Origin: Planctomycetota bacterium
GTDB lineage: Bacteria > Planctomycetota > GCA-002687715 > DRQF01
DNA: 64,000 bases
Assembly (NCBI GenBank): GCA_036479435.1
Contig: JAZGFI010000288.1
Coordinates: 1 to 64,000, forward strand
Direction of reading: 5' to 3'
Shown: one piece after another, positions 60,888-64,000 of the stretch
Layout of the letters: each line of letters begins with the position of its first letter
Position numbering within the stretch: position 1 is the first letter of the stretch
Made by a program: the position numbers and the translations under genes
The notes under the pieces: model-generated
What the model saw: only the letters and a program-made list of their open reading frames with translations
Told to the model about the DNA's origin: nothing
Database searches by the model: none

Positions 60888-63800
60888 TTGTACCGACGTC
60901 ACTACTACTTGCTTGCGCTGGTTTTCTTGGGCGGTGTCTTGGCGCTCGATCTGTCGTTCTTGCTACACCCAGATCGCCTCGAGAGGCTCATTGACGCCGA
61001 ACTCAGCAAGAATCTCAAGGTCGACTACCGCTACGACGAACTCGGATTTGACGGCAGGGCAATTATTGTTGAAAAGCTGGAGCTGTCCCGGCCCAAGAAT
61101 CCCGACCAGCTCGCGCTTAGTTGTGAGCGCGTCGGCGTAACTCTCGACTTGGGGGCACTTTTTTCGGGTGAACTCAAAGTCAAGCGGATCGCCATCGAAC
61201 AACCAGTTGTTTACCTGCGCTGGAATGACCAAGGCGATCTGGACCTTGCGAGCCTCGTGAAGTCGTCGGACACGAAGTCGCGCGCGCCGACAATTCCCGT
61301 CCTTGATATTACCGGCCTTCAGCTCAAGTTCATCAATGCTCCCTTCTTTGATGACGCGCGCGACATCAACATCGGTCACGTCGACCTGGAGCTGACGCCG
61401 CGTTTCTCGGATGCTTTTTCTTATTCATTCAGCGGCAAGGTCAAGGACGAGACTTTCGGCCGACTCGATATCGAAGGAACTTTTGGCGCGGCCCTGTTCC
61501 GCGGTGCCGTGCGCTGCCAGGGATTTAGAATCACGCCTGAGCTCATCGGCTTGTTTCGCAAAGACCTGAGACAAGCACTTGAACCCATTCGCATGTCAGG
61601 TGGTCTTGATCTCAAGCTGGACGTCGACTCCCAAGAACTCCTGCAAGGTGTGGACCTGCGGTTGACGGCAACTACCAAGGGACTGGGTCTCGGTTGGGGA
61701 AACAGCCCCGACCTTGTCGAAGGGCTCGAGGGCACCTTTGTCTTCGAGGGGCAACGCTTCGAGAGTAAACACCTCCAGTTCAAGTTGTGCGGTGCTCCAG
61801 TGCGAGTCACGGACTTTCGGGTCGACTTTCCCCATAAGATCGGGTCGCTGAATGTCGTCACCGGCAATGATGGGCTCGTTGTCGATGAGCCCACGTTTTT
61901 CGCGCGCGCCCTTGTCGAAGACCTTTGGCTTAGTGAAGAATTCGGAAAGTCCTTGTTGGAGCTGCCCGATCCCTTTCCTGAGATTGGCGAGACGATCATC
62001 GCTCTTGGCTGCGAAGGCAAGATCGTTTTGGATTGCACTCTGAGCCGAGACCCCAAAAAGCAACGCGATCCCGCGCAGCGCAGAGTCGCCATTGATTGCG
62101 CCATCGATTTTCAAGAAACGACGATGGCTTGGCGGGGCTACGCTGATGACGACACGGGACTCCGCGAAGGGTATCCCTACCCCTTCACTCGGCTGATCGG
62201 TCGGCTGCAACTCCATAACGATGGGATCTTCACGGTGGGTGAGGGACTCCGCTCGCAAGCAGAAGACCAGGATGTGGTGATCAAGGGTCGCGTGGATTTT
62301 GGGCGCCAACCGCTCGCCTATGATGTTCGCGTCGAGGCGATCGAGCTGAATCTCGATGGTCGCATCAAAGCCGCCCTGAGCGACGACGAGAAAAAGATCT
62401 ACGACAGCTTCGACCCGGAGGGCCAAATCGATTTTGATCTTCATGTCCAGCGCTTGGCGAGCGCGCTAGACGAGGATGCGCAGGTCCGCATCGAATTCGG
62501 TTTGCACCTCGATTCAGCCAAGCCCGAGGTATTCCCGATCGACCTCGTCAATGTCGAGGGCCGGGTTGTCTTGGAGGAGGGGCGACCGATTAGTTTGCGC
62601 GGTATCACGGCAGAGGCCGCGACGGCGAAATTCAGTTTAGGCGGTGAATTGGATTTTTCGGACGACGGAGGGGATGGAGACTTCAAACTTGAGATCGGCG
62701 TCGAGGACTTGCAGGCGGATGCGACTTTTCTCAATGCCCTGCGACTACCCTACCCGGACGTCAGCAATGAACTCACCCGCTACCAGTTGAAGGGTCTTTT
62801 CGATGTGGAGGCGACGATCGACTCCAACCCGGCGGTTGCCAACATCTTTGACTTGACGCTGAAGGGTGTTGATTTCCGGATTCCCGATCTCGCAGAAGTG
62901 CCTTTTGAGAACTATCGCGGCAAGCTACGGGTCGTTGGCGAACGTCTTGATGTCGTCAGTGGTGGATTTAGCGCTTACGGTAACCAGATGGAGCCCTCGG
63001 GTTGGGTCACCTTTGGCGATGACGCCCGTTGGGATCTTCGGGTGAAAGGTAGCCGGCTGACCGTGGACGACCGTCTTATGCGTTTCGCGGCTTCCTTCTC
63101 CGAGGAAGTGGCAGAGTTTACGAATCAATTCGACGCCAGCGGCCACACCGGTCTCGATGTTCGCTTGAGGCGTTCGTCAGTGGGAGAGCTCATCACTACT
63201 CGAGTGTTGCCGGTGGGCCTTAGTCTTCGTCACCGCAGCAAGCCCTTGGTGATTGGCAACATCCACGGGATTCTAGAGATACGTGGCGACGCCTTGCGGC
63301 TCGAAGAACTTACCTCCGATCTCATCGGGGGGCGTGGCCCGAATCCCGTGCCCGCCACTGTGAGCCTCGGCCAGGGAAGTTTTACGAGCATGGATGGGCT
63401 CCATCTCAAAGACATCCAAATTGTTGGTCTTCCGCTCGGCGCATCGACCGTCTCGTGGGCGCCCGCCGCAGTGGGGGAATTCCTGCGTGACCTTGCGATG
63501 GAGGGTCATGTCGACGTCAGCGTCGAAGTCTTACGTTTTCACGAGGGCCGAGCTGTTTTCAAAGCCGACATCAAGCCCCGGCTTTTGCGAGCCGATGTCG
63601 GTTTTTCTTTGGAACTCAATTCCGGCGTGCTTGATCTCTCCAGCGCCGTCGTGACGGCGGACGGGCTCGAGTTCATGGAAGGACGATTCAAACGCTCCCA
63701 CGGCAAAATACAGCGCTTCCTTTTCCAGAAACTCGCGGCCGATTTTTTGTTTGAGAATGGGGCCTTGAGTCTCTCGAAAATCGATACGAGGCTCATTGGT

Positions 63801-64000
63801 GGTCGAACCAATCCCAAGGAAACTCGATTCAAGGTGCAGTTGGGCGAGGTCAAGACTTTCGACTTGGGATTGAGGCTTGCCGACGGAGATCTTTCAAACC
63901 TCGTCAAGATCTTCGGCGGCAAAGCGAACAGTCTCCAAGGACGGGCGAACTTGGTGATGGGAATGTCGGGACAGGTTGGAGAACTCGATAGTTATCGTGG
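60888..64000 (+). CDS. AsmA-like (bridge-type lipid transfer/TamB-YhdP superfamily) protein, partial; runs off the window
   Basis: Absent from the ORF track because no stop falls in the window; TTG at 60888 after in-frame TGA at 60870 gives MYRRHYYLLALVFLGGVLAL...LDLGALFSGELKVKRIAIEQPVVYLRWNDQGDLDL (AsmA N-terminal pattern); the same frame is still open at the end (…LQGRANLVMGMSGQVGELDSYR). Confidence 0.8.
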   Translation, partial: MYRRHYYLLALVFLGGVLALDLSFLLHPDRLERLIDAELSKNLKVDYRYDELGFDGRAIIVEKLELSRPKNPDQLALSCERVGVTLDLGALFSGELKVKRIAIEQPVVYLRWNDQGDLDLASLVKSSDTKSRAPTIPVLDITGLQLKFINAPFFDDARDINIGHVDLELTPRFSDAFSYSFSGKVKDETFGRLDIEGTFGAALFRGAVRCQGFRITPELIGLFRKDLRQALEPIRMSGGLDLKLDVDSQELLQGVDLRLTATTKGLGLGWGNSPDLVEGLEGTFVFEGQRFESKHLQFKLCGAPVRVTDFRVDFPHKIGSLNVVTGNDGLVVDEPTFFARALVEDLWLSEEFGKSLLELPDPFPEIGETIIALGCEGKIVLDCTLSRDPKKQRDPAQRRVAIDCAIDFQETTMAWRGYADDDTGLREGYPYPFTRLIGRLQLHNDGIFTVGEGLRSQAEDQDVVIKGRVDFGRQPLAYDVRVEAIELNLDGRIKAALSDDEKKIYDSFDPEGQIDFDLHVQRLASALDEDAQVRIEFGLHLDSAKPEVFPIDLVNVEGRVVLEEGRPISLRGITAEAATAKFSLGGELDFSDDGGDGDFKLEIGVEDLQADATFLNALRLPYPDVSNELTRYQLKGLFDVEATIDSNPAVANIFDLTLKGVDFRIPDLAEVPFENYRGKLRVVGERLDVVSGGFSAYGNQMEPSGWVTFGDDARWDLRVKGSRLTVDDRLMRFAASFSEEVAEFTNQFDASGHTGLDVRLRRSSVGELITTRVLPVGLSLRHRSKPLVIGNIHGILEIRGDALRLEELTSDLIGGRGPNPVPATVSLGQGSFTSMDGLHLKDIQIVGLPLGASTVSWAPAAVGEFLRDLAMEGHVDVSVEVLRFHEGRAVFKADIKPRLLRADVGFSLELNSGVLDLSSAVVTADGLEFMEGRFKRSHGKIQRFLFQKLAADFLFENGALSLSKIDTRLIGGRTNPKETRFKVQLGEVKTFDLGLRLADGDLSNLVKIFGGKANSLQGRANLVMGMSGQVGELDSYR

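Noticed and set aside
61421..62444. 227-aa and 282-aa minus-strand ORFs
   Set aside because: Shadows of the plus-strand AsmA-like gene

Overview
GC-rich, gene-dense bacterial chromosomal segment from a diderm (BamD, LptE, AsmA-like) that also carries peptidoglycan-precursor genes (glmM, alr). The recO-bamD-lptE and ftsH-folP-cdaA order and the many HEAT/TPR and secreted repeat proteins suggest a Planctomycetota/PVC organism (inference). Housekeeping blocks: glcDEF, menG/ubiE plus a cN-II-type nucleotidase, thiC, trmJ, mscL, korAB, plsY-gpsA, hydantoinase/oxoprolinase A/B, hutI plus cyclodeaminase, hlyC-recO-bamD-lptE, ftsH-folP-cdaA-cdaR-glmM-alr, and a large AsmA-like ORF running off the right end that the ORF track missed. 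No tRNA, rRNA, CRISPR array, transposase or integrase was recognised. Best leads: (1) three unrelated secreted proteins that appear to share a C-terminal beta-rich domain, a candidate undescribed sorting signal; (2) a TPR-HscC-J(KPE) chaperone operon plus a nearby 1658-aa TPR protein with a degenerate J-like partner; (3) a family of GTC-N-GAC palindromic intergenic repeats, including a 39-bp inverted pair 11.5 kb apart; (4) a 21-bp GCTCC-N6-GGAGC dyad upstream of two envelope operons; (5) CdaA with RHS in place of the RHR motif. All calls come from reading motifs by eye; no database searches were run.
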